The notes under the pieces: model-generated
Databases searched by the model: none
What the model was told of the DNA's origin: nothing
What the model saw: the letters and a program-made list of their open reading frames with translations, nothing else
Part shown: positions 37,362-50,800 of the stretch, one piece after another
Layout of the letters: each line of letters begins with the position of its first letter
Numbering within the stretch: the first letter of the stretch is position 1
Translations under genes and position numbers: made by a program
DNA from: Podarcis melisellensis
Taxonomy: Eukaryota
Direction: 5' to 3' (one strand)
DNA: 64,000 nt
Assembly (NCBI GenBank): GCA_964234715.1
Contig: OZ174282.1

Positions 37362-38469
37362 CAGGGAAGAGACCAGAAATGCTTTCTAAGTGAGATCACA
37401 CATGCACACACATATGTTAATCAAAAGCCATTCAACCATTAAGCTGAGTTGCAAAAGAGGAGGGCTACTGAAACCTGGGGTAATACACTCCTTATCCAAA
37501 ATGACAATAAAAAGGAACCAGCAAATTCATGCCTAAACTGAAAAGCCTTGCAAAATACAGTGGGTTGTATTCCTCTAACTTCTACTCTGACCCATTGCAA
37601 TTAACGACCAAGACCACCTTAGGACCATTAAGTTTGATGTGTCTACTCTAAGTAAACATTAATTGAATGCAACCCATCTGAGATCTGCCCCTGGACAGTG
37701 GAATAGCATTTCTGTTGTTGTGGGACAGGTGGCCACTATCTGCCTTTTCCAGAAACCATTTGTTCCAACAGGCTTTCCCAAATGGATAAACAGGTCTTTA
37801 TCATAAGTGTTCATTTGTTAGTGTTTTAGTTTTGTTTTAAATGTATTTGTTGTTTTTGTTTAATTGCTTTTAATTATCTCATATATAATGGCAGTTTAGA
37901 AGGCAATGAATAAATCATTGTTGTTAATAATAATATTTTTTAAAAGCTGTTAGCTAAATGAAAGCCTTAAAAAACAACCATCCCCTTATCCGATAGCCAT
38001 TACAGTAGAAATTATGTGCTGATCACATAGAAATCACAAAAAGCTTCTCTTGTGTCTGGAGAAATGGTCAGTATTTTGGCCATTAAATTTTAAAAGTACA
38101 CAGCTGTGTACAGAGAAGGTGCAAAGTTTAAGGTCCAGCACAGTTGGGAATGAGACCCCTTGTTGCAGGAGCTTGTTAGATTACAAAGAAAGTCACCAAT
38201 TAAGACCCAAAGCAGAGTGTCAACAACATGATCTTAAGAGTCTTCCTCCATTCAAAATGCCTGGGGCCTCCAAAGTTGCAACCCTGAGTGACCTGATGAA
38301 ATATCCCTATCTCCAGTTTTCTCTCTCAGGAAAATTCAGAGCACTGCAAGAGTGGGGGGGGGGAATGCCTCCTCTCCCCTGCCTGGTCAGTGAAATAGGT
38401 CAAGATCGGAACAGAAACACCACAGAAACAATTTTAAAAGAAATGGGTGGAAAGGAGAATCCGCTTTAA

Positions 38470-38732
38470 TTTTCATCTATTTATTACTGTATTTGCATAC
38501 CACACCATTTTTCCTCCGAGGCGCTCAAAATGGTACACATGGCTCTTTCCCTTTCCATATTATTCTCACAACAACCCTGTGAGGAAGGTTAGCCTGAAAG
38601 CTGGTGAGTAGCTGAAGGCCACCCTAGTCATGGTCACTCAGTCAACTTCTTGGCCAAGTGGGGAATTGGACACTGCTCTCTGAGGTCGTAATCAACACTC
38701 TAAAACCACTACACACTACACCACACTGGCTC
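38470..38732 (-). mobile_element. Older MIR/Squam3-type CORE-SINE. Others at about 40105-40230 (-) and 52560-52775 (+)
   Basis: ctcacaacaaccctgtgaggaaggttag...accactac...accacactggctc, with an L2-type AT-rich tail. Confidence 0.75.
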
Positions 38733-39647
38733 TGCTTCTGACTACTACAAATGTACATTTCCTGCACTCTGAAATTTAGAAGATTTTTTTTCCCAGGCCA
38801 GACTCCCACCGTTTTGTATTTTCTTAACATCTGATAAGATTGATTCAGTGGGCAAGATTGGATTTTCGCAAGACACAGCTGCAGAACTACAAGAAAAGCT
38901 ATCGGACCCAGGAGAATTAATCGGTACTCAACATAATCAAATTACGGGTCAATGTGGATGAGCCCTTATTTTCCTTCCCACAAAAGGTGTGGTGGGATGG
39001 AGAGGGTTTTGTTGTGCAAGAGCTCAAAATCCCCTTTAATCGTGCATCCAGAATTTGCCAATATATGATTTAATCATGCCCACAAAATAGCAGCAGCAGT
39101 CTGGAAATGGCTCAGAACTGTGCACATTTTATGTTGCTATATCCTTAGAATCTCTGAATGACTAGCCAGCTGAGCTGAACAGCCATATCTTCTTCTTTTT
39201 CCTTATTAAAATATAAACAAAAGATCCTGACTAAAGCTGTATTTACAGTGCAGGCATAGTTGTAAAGTCAAGATGGTCCCTTGGCATATGCTGCACTCAG
39301 TTGTCCTCTCTGTTAATGTAAGGCATACTCAAGAGTACATTCTTTGGCTTATTTACTGCTTCACAAGCACCTCTAGATCGCCCAGAGTGACTGGCAACTT
39401 GTTTGTTTGCTCCAATCATGTGAATGGAAGGCAAATACAAAACACTGGAGACCAAACCTAGTGGTGAACTGAATGGGTTTTTTAAAAGTGTTTCTTTTAA
39501 ACAAACAAGGGACTGCATTTTTTGTAATGTCTGCAGGTGTGTTATAAATAATTGTAGAGGTTTTGCATGGATTCATTTGAAAGCATAATAGGTTGTATCC
39601 AAGTAATTTCTACTCAGAGAAAACCAATTGAAAAGAATAGACCAAGA

Positions 39648-39711
39648 CAGGAGTGCCTGGCATGCTCTGGTCCATGGGGTCATGAAGAGTTGGACACGAC
39701 TAAACAACAAC
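39648..39711 (+). mobile_element. 64-bp 3' end of BovB (RTE clade)
   Basis: caggagtgcctggcatgctctggtccatggggtcatgaagagttggacacgactaaacaacaac, flanked by a perfect 9-bp TSD AGACCAAGA (39639-39647 and 39712-39720). Confidence 0.88.
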
Positions 39712-42550
39712 AGACCAAGAATCATCATGTCCATTAATTTCAATGGATAGCATTAGCATTGGAAATATCACCCATTGTACTTATGTTTCCAAATGTGTTG
39801 CAAGTCTTTTGGTGACTTAAGGAAACAAGTTCTAAGTGGCAAGTCTAGTAAATCATTAGTCAGGCACAGCAATCCTAACCTTGCCCCAGGGGATGACAGG
39901 AAGGGTAAAGCCAGAGCTGGAGCCCTGATTGGCAGAAAGTAGGTGTGGTTTTTCCTGGTCCCACCCCCTTGGCACTAGATCCAGGCATAATGGGGCCCCA
40001 CACTGAGATCTAGATGTGCTTTGTTACCTCTTTGGTTTTGTTGCGACTGTTGCCACTATGCCCTTTTAAGGGGTCATCCACTGGCAACTGCCAATGTTAA
40101 CCTTATTTTAGTTTACCCCCCCTTTCCATTCAGGGTGGCATTGCATAGCTCTCCCTCACCTTGTTCAATCCCCACAGCAACCCTGTGAGGTAGGTTAGGC
40201 TGAGAGAGTATGACTGGCCCAAGGTCACCTTCCACTCCAGCGAAGGCTGGCCATTTCCACAACAAAGATCTCCCCCTATCAACACTACTGCTCTCCATCA
40301 ATGGAGGCTGGTGCAGAGGGGCCCACAAATTATCCCGCTCCCCCCAACTAGCAATATCAAAGTGTGGGTAGGATCACAGTCTAACATATACACAAAAATG
40401 GGGAAGCAAATACAGATGTAAAGGGAAAGGAGTTCAGTGTGAAAACTGTTTTTTAACAGCTTTGGTGAAATTGACAGTCTATCGAAAATTGGAACCTGAG
40501 AAGAATAAAACTTTGGAAGTATAATGGCTGGTAAAAGGCTTTATACGTAGATAATCTCTGAAGATCTACTAATGAACATGATTTTTCTAATTAAATTTGA
40601 AATATTATGATCTTTACATTAATGCCTGGAATTAAGGGCTTAAATGCTCTCTTTCATTTTGCGTTATGAATTACTTATGGTTGGCGTTTATATTTAGCAT
40701 TTTTTTAAGTAGAAGACACAAATGGCTACACCCCATGAAGCGCTATGTTAAAGTCACTTGGTAGGATACTGCTCTGATGGGGAAACGTTTGGCACCAGCA
40801 GGAGATTGTGCAAAAGAATGCTTAAGTAAAGTGTTGGTAACTTTGTGGCACAATAGATCACGCCATGTGTTGCCCTACTATTTTCATCTACCACAACAAC
40901 AGCACTGGATCCCTCTCTTGTACGACGTTAATACTTACCCTTACGCTATCAGGCAAAGAATGTTGGGTACAGACCAAGAGATGTATTTATTAAATCTAGC
41001 ACATGTCGGATAAGTGACTATTCATTAGATGCATGGATAGTAAACTCCAAGTCCCAAGCCCACCATGCTGGGGTTTATACAGGGTGGAGTTCTACCTCCA
41101 TGCAGCTCCAGTGGAGCCTTGGACTTTATAGGGAGGCCACCAGTGTGTGGTGCCAGAGCCAATGTCTAGCAGAGCCAAAACCAACAATAGGGGCAGTCAA
41201 CAAATTCTGCTTTTCTTGCCATCCTTCTCGTTCTATGAAAGCAACACTAAGACAGAGGAGGAGGAGGCTGACAGACAGTTCCACTCTTTGGACTGATTGT
41301 AAGTAAGGGGGTAGGCAGATGAGGGCTGGCTTAAGGCAGAATGAGGTTGGTGGGGCTATGCCCCACTTGCCCTAATGGACCAGCCTCCACAGCCCAGCTC
41401 AGAACAGCTCTACCAGCCTCCGCCCATAGAGTGATGCTAATTTCACTCCACCAGCACAGAGATCCCCCATTCCACCTGCTCAAAGTGCAAGCAGGGAAGG
41501 CTAGTGCCGTTTAGGATCACGGTCTCAGGACATGGGAACAACATTCCTGCAGGATGAAAAGTAAAGAAAGGCAACTATGTAGGAAACATCCAGCAATCTG
41601 CATGATGATTGTAAAACAAAACAAAATCACATGTGTACAATCAAGTCAAGTATATCTATATCCATGAAAGAGCAGTTTCGGGTGGTCATTTATCTGTCAG
41701 AAGGTAAACCCTTCTGACCTAGGAGTGTCCATCAGTCCATATGTTATGCTAAACCTGGGTGCTAATCATTGTGCACTCATATTATCATCATATATCCCTG
41801 TGAGGATTTTGTCATGTCCAAAGTGACCCTTGACATATTTTTTTTTAAAAAAACACCCCACAAAAAATGTACTCTCTAAACTTCACGCTCTTATCTTTTT
41901 CCAAATGGAGGCATTTGGAAGACATGCCGCTGTGTATTTCAGTCGCAAATCTCTATTATGGTCCTCTGAATATGTATAGACACAGTGGGCAGCTTTCCGC
42001 GGGCTGCAGCTATCTCTGAGAAATAGGTGGAAAGCATAATGCGATGTTTTTTTGGTGTGTTTTTTTTTTCAGGGAGAATTTCAATGCCACCACAAGCAAT
42101 TTACTTATTTACTTATTTATTTATTTCTGCCACCTAGGAAATATTCAGAATGAAACTGCCTTGTTTAGAAGAATCGGGGTGTAGAAAGAGGGGAGTAAAA
42201 GAGGGGGGAAATGAAAGCAAGAAAGCAAAAAAAATAAAGAAAAAGATATTAATTTGTAAAACAGGCTTTAATTCCTGTCAAGGAGCTGTTCAATTAAGTT
42301 GGCTACATCAGAGAATAGCATTTGCTGATAGAAGTAGCAAGAAAAATCAGTACCAAGCAATATTCACATTTGACAAAGGTAGATTACATGTTTTCAGCAG
42401 TGGAAAACGAATGACTTTGTTTGCTGACGTAAAAGAAAATCCACTACATGTCAGGTCACTTTTCAGACAAATAGTAATTTTTGTGTTCTCTTAATTTTTG
42501 GGTGAAGATTGGGGAGGAGCCCCAGTTCAGTGTCAGAGCACCCATGCCAT

Positions 42551-42663
42551 CATTCTGCCCTGTTTAGGGAAGTTTTTTAAGTGTGACATTTTAATGTATT
42601 TCAACCTTTGTTGGAAGCCGCCCAGAGTGGCTGAGGAAACCCAGCCAGATGGGCGAGGTACAA

Positions 42664-42710
<47 letters not shown>
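42551..42710 (+). mobile_element. Short L2 3' end with (TTA)n tail, same subfamily as the 31.4-kb copy
   Basis: gccctgtttagggaagtttttt...ggaagccgcccagagtggctgaggaaacccagccagatgggcg followed by (TTA)n at 42666-42710. Confidence 0.85.
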
Positions 42711-42711
<1 letters not shown>

Positions 42712-42816
42712 GCTTTTGATCTTTGTTTTTTCAGGCATTTGGGCAGCATCAATGATTGAAATGTTTTACTCTGGCTATGTATTTAATATGTTGATATATT
42801 TTCTACTGTACATGCA

Positions 42817-42971
42817 GCCTGGATAGCTCAGTTGGTGAGAGCATGGTGCTGATGATGTCAAGGTTGCAGGTTCGATCCCCGTATGGTACAGCTGCATAAA
42901 CCTGCATTGCAGGGGGTTGGACTAGATGATCCTCAGGATCCCTTCCAACTCTACAATTCTATGATTCTATG
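42817..42971 (+). mobile_element. tRNA-Ile-derived SINE with CR1 tail
   Basis: gatagctcagttggtgagagcatggtgctgat...aaggttgcaggttcgatccccgta (A and B boxes), then gcattgcagggggttggactagatgat...attctatgattctatg. Confidence 0.8.
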
Positions 42972-44858
42972 ATTGTTGAATTTTATAGTTGTAAATCAGG
43001 ACTGCCTGTTGTGGGGAGCGATTCAGAACTTCAATAAACTAACCAATTAAACTAAGCATGTATGTTGACTTTTTTTAAAAAAGGGAGGGGGCTTATCATC
43101 ATAGGATGACATCCATATTCCATATCACTGCACACATTCATCTTCTCTTTTGGATTTCTGTCCACAGTTCACTTGGACACACTTGGAGCAGATATACTGT
43201 AAAAGTCTTACATCTATGATTTTCAAAGTCATTGCAATGAGAGCATATTGCATCACTTCTGCAATATACTTGAGTGCTGGAGATGCCACTCATTACATTG
43301 TCCAGTGGATGACTCATGCTGACCAAATGTTTTCAAATATGTACAGCCTTGGGACTGTCTCCACCATCCTTGGGACATAGGAAACTGCCAGGCCAGAGCA
43401 TTGAACCATTCAGTATTGAACTATCTCTATTGTCTACACTGGCTAGAAGTGGCTCCCCTGCTTTCAGACAGGAGACTTACCTGGCCCTACCTGGAGATGC
43501 CAAGAACTGAACTTCAGACCTTTTGCACACTGATCTTGCTCAGCTACATTTATTTAATTTTCTTACATTTAGATCCCACCTTTCTTCTCTCATGTAAGAC
43601 AAGGTACATCTGGTTCCCAGATGGTCACCCATTCATTCAAGCACTGACCAGAAATGTCATTAAAGGTGGTGCCATCTCTCTGGGGATTGAGAAAAATTCA
43701 TTTGGTTTGCATTCTTATACAAATTTATTAATTTATAAAAGTCACACCTTGTGAATCTATTCAAGAGCCCTGCTTTGAAAAGCACACTTCTCCAAATGTT
43801 GTGGTGCCGTTTTTCCACCACATAGAAAAACAATGGTGAAAGGTGCATGTGAAAAGGCATGTATTCATAAAAACAATGTACAAAAAGGGCATTGCACTAG
43901 GGGGAAATGTTTGGAAAAATGCAGGTGACTAGGCAAAACTATCCAGAACAAAATGCATATTTTAGGAGACATGAGGATGAGTTTGAATTTTCATGTAGAC
44001 TTTTAAAAAACACAAATGTATGTGGAAATTGAAAAATTGAAAACTGGAGAAGTAAAATGGGGAATTGGTCAACATGCTCCTGCAAGCCCATCCCCAGCAT
44101 TGTCTCTGGGCACACTATCCCTGTACTGAGCAAGGAACTCCTGTGGGCAACAGCTTCTACTCAGATGGAATATAAGGCTGTAAATAGCTACTAACTCTAA
44201 TATATACCGGTATGTTTTATTTCCACAGTTGGGGGTGGTATGAGTCTGAATACCAGTTGCTGGAAACAACAGGAGGGGAGAGGGCTGCTGTGCTCAGTGC
44301 TTATCTGCAGGTTTCCCATTGGAGCATCTGAATGGTCACTGTGAAAACAGGATGCTGGACTAGTGGGGCTTTTGGACTGATCTGGCAGGGCTGATCTCAT
44401 GTTCACAGGGATCCTGATCACATGAGGGGTTCTACTCATGTTCAAACTGAAAGGGACATGATCCATCAATGACACAGGGGTTAGGGCTTGCATTTTTGTC
44501 CCTGCCCACACGTCAAGCACTCATGTGGAAGCAGAGAGACACTGAAACAAACAGATTCATCCAGCTCTAAATCAGATGCTGCTAAAACTGCCCGGGTGGG
44601 GCAGTGCTTTTACTTTCCATTGCTTTGAACCACCAGCTTTTTTCACTACCTTCGATCACCATCATCATCATCCAGAAGCTCTTCAAATCACACTGTGTTT
44701 CCCCCTCGCTGTGCAGAGAAGGTACAGTAGGTGGGTCAAATTTAGTTTAATGACAGGTCTTGAAATAGGGAAAAAGGGACTCCAGACAGGCAATCTATGT
44801 TTTCCAATGGTGATGCTTTAAAAGGGCTTACTGGTAGTAGCTAAAAAGACAACCTAGT

Positions 44859-45301
44859 ATGGTTTTCCCAGTAGTGATGTATGGAAGTGAGAGCTGGACC
44901 ATAAAGAAGGCTGATCGCCGAAGAATTGATGCTTTTGAATTATGGTGCTGGAGGAGACTCTTGAGAGTCCCATGGACTGCAAGAAGATCAAACCGATCCA
45001 TTCTTAAGGAAATCAGCCCTGAGTGCTCACTGGAAGGACAGATCGTGAAGCTGAGGCTCCAATACTTTGGCCACCTCATGAGAAGAGAAGACTCCCTGGA
45101 AAAGACCCTGATGTTGGGAAAGATGGAGAACACAAGGAGAAGGGGATGGCAGAGGACGAGATGTTTGGATAGTATTCTCGAAGCTACCAGCATGAGTTTG
45201 ACCAAACTGCGGGAGGCAGTGGAAGACAGAAGTGCCTGGCGTGCTCTGCTCCATGGGGTCACGAAGAGTCGGACACGACTAAACGACTAAACAACAACAA
45301 C
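44859..45301 (+). mobile_element. BovB (RTE clade) LINE, 5'-truncated, about 440 bp
   Basis: Open frame MVFPVVMYGSESWTIKKADRRRIDAFELWCWRRLLRVPWTARRSN...LREAVEDRSAWRA...HGVTKSRTRLND matches the BovB RT C-terminus. (CAA)n tail. 8-bp TSD AGTATGGT (44856-44863 and 45302-45309). Confidence 0.96.
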
Positions 45302-47579
45302 AGTATGGTACAAACCGACAAACTTTATTTATTTATTTATTAAATAATCAAGGCATCTGGGCACCTAATGATGCTTCTAATGTCAATAGGTAAGCCATGT
45401 TTTTGGTGACATGGTGAAGCAAGGAATTTCACAAAATTCCTTAGGACACTAAGCAGATGTGGGATGGAAAACAGCTGCATTCTTCACTGAATGTCCCCTT
45501 AAACGAGGCAAAGTTATATGTTAATGGAGAAATAGCAATATGTAGAAGAAGCTACTGAGATAAGGAAACCCATGAAGAAGCAATTTAGCCATGCAAAAGG
45601 TTATCACACAGAAGCATTAGTTTTACATTGTTTATAGTTGTCACGGAGTGCACTTCCAATATAGAAGGAACTTCAAGAAGAGTTTCAGAATAAGTTCTCA
45701 AGACATGGGCAAACTTTTATGCCTGCTTCTTCAGGCATGTGATTTCAAACCACTTAGGAGCTTAAAATTGCTTCATATAAGATCACAAGATCCTGCTGGA
45801 CTAAGCCAGTTATCCATCTAGTCTAGTATCCTGTTCTCATACTGGCTGACCAGATGCCTTTGGTAAAACCTAGCACAAGAGCACTCTTCCCTCCTGTAGT
45901 TTCCAGCAACTGGTATTCAGAAGCAACTGTATAAACAGAGCATAGCCACTGAGACTAGCACCTGTGGATAGCCTTGCTGTCCATGAATTTGCCCAATCTT
46001 CTTTTAAAGCCTTTCACATAGGTGAATATAGACCAGAGTCACTGATCTGGTGCTTCCCAGATACTTTGGATTACAGCTCCCATCTTCTCCAGCAGGAATG
46101 GCCACTGGCCACTGAAGATGGGAGTTGATGTTCACAACAAATGGAGGGCACTGCGTTGGCTTCCCTTGCTATAGACTATAATTCTGGCCTACCACCAACC
46201 AACAGCTCATATTGCTGGTAACACGGGAATACTGTCTCCGATATGCTGTCTGCTCAAAAGTAGGATCCCTGCATTGTGTTTGTGCGCAGATTACAGTGTA
46301 ATCTTGCAGTCCTTTGGGAGGCACACAACCTCTGATTTCAATCACACTGTGTGGGCAGATGGAACCTATTCATATGGTGCCCACAAGACAAGGTCCTCCT
46401 GTTTGATAGCACATTGCATCTGATTCATTACATGGGTCACTCCATTGCAAGATGTTTTCCCGCATATAACCCAGACCAGTGATGACAATGCCCTTCTCTG
46501 CAAGAAAAGCATTAGAAACCCCCCCTCCCTCCCTGCCATCACCACCCTGAGTGGTGAGAGCAGTTTAAACGGATCTTGATTAATATGCAGTTCAATCCGT
46601 TCTGATTTGTGAACACGGGGCTTGGCCTCATTTGGAGTTTGGAGAGTCGGAGGCTGAATCTCTTGCACGCCTCCCACTTCAAAAAAAGTGGCACAAAAGC
46701 GTAGAGCGCTCCTGAAGGAACCAAAGCATAAATACACTATTCCCTTTGATGTGCCAGCTTATGTCTGTTCCCCCCCCCTTTTACTGCATTTAAAAATTCC
46801 ATTTCATTACGTTCATAAAAGCCGAATCTATCATGCTCCCAAGTCTAACAGCTGTGTTGCATGGAGATATTGATACCCAGAGGCAAAACTCTTTCATGGG
46901 GTATCTCGTGGGATCAGAGAAAGAGAGAAAGAGAAAAGGGGGTGTGGGGAGAGACTTCCAAATGTTTAAACTAAACAGCAGCGGGGACGACAAATAAATA
47001 TTTGAAGCATGCAGGAACGCATTCCAACATTTCACTTTCTATTTCTAAATGAAGTGGTGCATTAAATACAAAAAAGATATATGTGCATGTATATAGGCTT
47101 TGCTGAAATCCAGAAGTCCACGGTACTCAAAGTAAAACTCATTATATTTAACAGGAACATAATGAACTGTTAAAGCAAGCAACTCAAATCCAGCAACACT
47201 TGCATAAGAGTGAGGCATGGTTTGATTTAATATTTATTGCATTTTCTGCCTTTAAGCTAAAAATAATAGCGCCTGCTGATCCCCTGTGTGTTGCGAACTG
47301 CCAGATGTCATTTAGCTGTGGTCGCTCCCAATTTGGTTTCTGAAACAGGTCATCAAGTTTTCATTAGGCCAGCATCTCTGCATATTTCTTGAATGGATGG
47401 TTTAGCTTTTCTTTTATGGACTCATTGGACCAGTCCATGATCTCCAAGGTCCTCAAGCTGAACCTCTGCTGCACCACTGAAGGATTTATGAGTGACAAAC
47501 ACTCCCTGGCTGCTCTTTGAGCCAGCCTTTCAACTTGCCAAATGTGTAGAGTGTCAGATTCTACAACAGCTTCCCTGGG

Positions 47580-47870
47580 AAGCTATTCTCCAGTGACTCC
47601 TATACATATTAGTTCAGCTTTGATTATTGCAATGTATTTTGCATGGGGCTGCCCTTGAAAACAGTTCAGAATCCTGATCTGGTTTAGCATATGGCAAAAC
47701 AAGACCCTTAGCAGCAGCTGGCTAGCAGGGTACACCTATCTCGCCTGTGCTGGAAAAAGTGGGTTCCAAGTTACTTCCAGGCACAATTCAACAAGTTGGC
47801 TTGGGTTTATGAAGCCCTGCGGAGCTTAGAACCTGGCTAACTACAGGTCTACCTGTTTCCATTTGAAAAT
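47580..47870 (+). mobile_element. Old L2 ORF2 fragment. Other small L2 remnants at about 48990-49140, 49790-50130, 52455-52550 and 53555-53660
   Basis: ttgattattgcaatg...ggggctgcccttgaaaacagttcagaa, an L2 'DYCN...GLPLK' motif. Confidence 0.6.
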
Positions 47871-50800
47871 GCCTGATTGCCCTTGGCTCCTGTTCTAAAA
47901 CAGGACGGCATATGCTATTACTTGTAAGCAATGAAATGTTCCTTATTAAGGCAGAATAATGCAAAATTAAAGTATGGCCTCAGCAGGAGGGAATAAGTTA
48001 TCCCAGCCTCAGAGCTCTCACAAGGCAATGAGTTTGCTAGGATGGGCTTGGTCTAGGAACAAAGGCAAAGATTCATGAGTCCAGGGGCAGTTGCAAGAAG
48101 TTCAAGACTGCGCAGGACCTGAAAAGTTGTTCTAACAAGAATTCCACACCCACCTATCCAGCTTTAAAGCAGAGATGGATACACTCATTAGAATCTCATT
48201 CACGAGTGAGCACCTAATCTTTAAATGTGCATTGAATCTAGGCGGGGGCAACTTGTCTCTTCTCCTGGGATAGAAACTAATCCTGGGAGAGAATGATGGA
48301 GATGCTTATCCCCCCCCCCAATTCTGCCCAGGCTGTGGCTCAGAGCCCTCCTCAGATTCCAGCAATGCTCTCCCTCCCTTGGGAGGGGGCTGGATGTTCT
48401 ATCTCTGGCTTTAATATGTAAGTGGGAAGAGGAAAGGGCTTCTATCTGTTCCAGTCTCCTTCCTGCAGCTTCTGCCATCTCTGAGCTAAGTCCCAACAGC
48501 ACCAAGGGAGCCGTAAAACTGAGAGGGAGTTTTCATAAATGGCTACAGGTGTGTCTTTTTTCCTTAGCACAACCAGGCAAGTTCATAGATGTTTCTTTAA
48601 GCATTGTCATTACTACAGTTTGCTTACATAGCCTGGGATCAATTAAAGAAGAGCAAGATGTCAGAAGGTTGGTATACCAGTCAGAAAGTTGGAAGTGTAC
48701 CAATTTATTTGTTTGTTAATTGAACCATTAAGCATCTGTAGCCCTCCTTCAAGAGGTAAATTAAACATCAGCAGATATCCCCACAGAGGGAAAATGTAGA
48801 GATCTAACTCAAAGCATATGCACTTAGATGTCTTAGATGAAGATTTTATTGGTTTTCTCTTCATTGATGCACATTCAGAACAATTTCCAATACTTCCATG
48901 AACCAAAGCTAAGTATGTTGCATATAAATTGGTATCCCTTGTTTTTATAAGGTATGGAAAGGGAGGCAGGAGAATAACAATACCCATTTACCTAGAAAAT
49001 GGCAACCAGAGAGAAGGGGGCCTTCTTGGTAGTGGTCCTCCTGGCATGGAATGCACTCCCCAAAGAGGTTTTCCCGGGGCCTATTTCAATGTATTTTTAG
49101 TACCAGGAGAAGACCTATTTGTGCCCTCCAGGCTTTTGATTCTGATTTTATTCTCTGGACATTTCCAGGCTGCCACTATTTTCCAATTGGATTCATTCAC
49201 ACACCAGCAAATTTGGAGCTCTTGCATAATAAACCTGCTTCCCCAGTCACACCTTTTGCAATAAGCTATGTGACAGGGAAATGCACTGCAAAGTGTGGGA
49301 CAATGTTTGATGCCATGTCATCTAACTTCCTGTAAAGAAAACAGAACCCATGCACAATAAATGGCTTACATTATCTAACCTCCCTGCAAACAAATCATGA
49401 CGAATGGTAAATAAGTAGGTTATCTGGAAGTGTCTCTGTTTAATTTGACGGAGATTTGTTTCAGCTTGCATTTGGGGCTTAGGTTTTTGTAAGATTGAGC
49501 CAGTGCTTTTTCTCCCATGTTGATTGGCTGCATTACTTTGAACTGCATGTTCAGCATTGTCTAGAGTTCAGGGGGGGAACCTTTTTCACCCCAAAGACCA
49601 AGCTCCTTTTCCAGGGGCTGTATGTCAGTGGGGGATAGTGGCAGAAGCAGAAGTGGGCAAACCAAGGAATGTAAAATATATCTCTGTGACTACTATAATA
49701 CTTGCTCCCTACCTTGCTAGGCTCTCTCCACCTTGCTGGGGAAAGCAGAGTCCTGACTCCAGCCACAAAGCTGAGGTTGCAGAAGTGGCCAGAAGAGAAC
49801 ATATTCACTGTGATTCCTTCAAGACCTGCTTCTCAAGATGTCTCCAGACTCTTGTCATAGGGTTTTTTGTTGGGGGTCAAGATTTAATTTGGGAGATGTT
49901 AATTTTGCTGTTATTGATATTGATTTTTGTATCTTTATTTTTAGCTTATTAGGACTTATGTGGAGATGGTTTATTGTTGGGCACTTTTTGATATGTTTTT
50001 ATTTATTGCTTATGACTACTTTAGTTATATTTTTTTGCAATTATGTAGATCTTTTCATGTTGCATGCAAAGCCTTGAGTATGGTTTTAACTATGGGAATG
50101 TGACATACAAATTAAGGATGATGATGATAGACACATTCATATAACCCTCTCCATCCAGGCTAGTGAGAAGCGTCATCGGATTTCAATGGCACATCCCAGC
50201 CAGGCAAAAACATTCAGTGAGTGTACAAAGCCATGATCTGGGAGGAGTGTGTGTGGTGTAGGGAGAATTTCAAGAACCAGAAAGACAGACTTGGGAGGTT
50301 CCCCCCGCCCCCATGTAGAAACTCATCACATGAGGTCACCAACTGATAAAAGCAACATAGTAATAACTGCAGGTTAGTATTAAGAAACATTTTCCCCTTC
50401 TTTTATCCATGTACTCCTTTGAAATCCCTCCTTGAACTACCTGTTCTTGATACTGCGCCAATCCCATTCACATTTTAGCAGGCACACTCAAGTTTGTTGC
50501 AAGAAAAGATAGGAAAGGAGCGTGTGGAGGTCGGCCAACCCCCCCAGCTAAATTCAAAGGAAGGTTAAAGGACGCCACAAAGGCAGCAAGTGACCAAGCG
50601 GTTCAAAGCGAGGACGGTAGTGAAGTTCCAAGTCGCAGACGGGGCAATGGAAAATGAGAACAACGTCCCTGCCCACTGAGTCCCAAGAAGAAAGCAAAGA
50701 GGAGGTCAATACCAGAGATGAGAAGATGTAGAAGGGGGAAGGAGGGAGAGAGAGAGATGAGAGGTAAGACATTTTCGGAGAAGTCCCTCGGGGAGTCTTT

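Noticed and set aside
37166-37442. ORFs spanning X runs
   Set aside because: Artefacts of the assembly gap.
40931-40940. ATACTTACC as a U1 snRNA 5' end, or as the donor of another CDH13 exon
   Set aside because: No U1 body follows, and I found no cadherin-like reading frame adjacent on the minus strand.
42817-42890. Functional tRNA-Ile gene (likewise the tRNA-Lys-, tRNA-Ala- and 5S-like segments)
   Set aside because: The stems are degenerate and fused directly to LINE-derived tails, so these are SINE heads rather than RNA genes.
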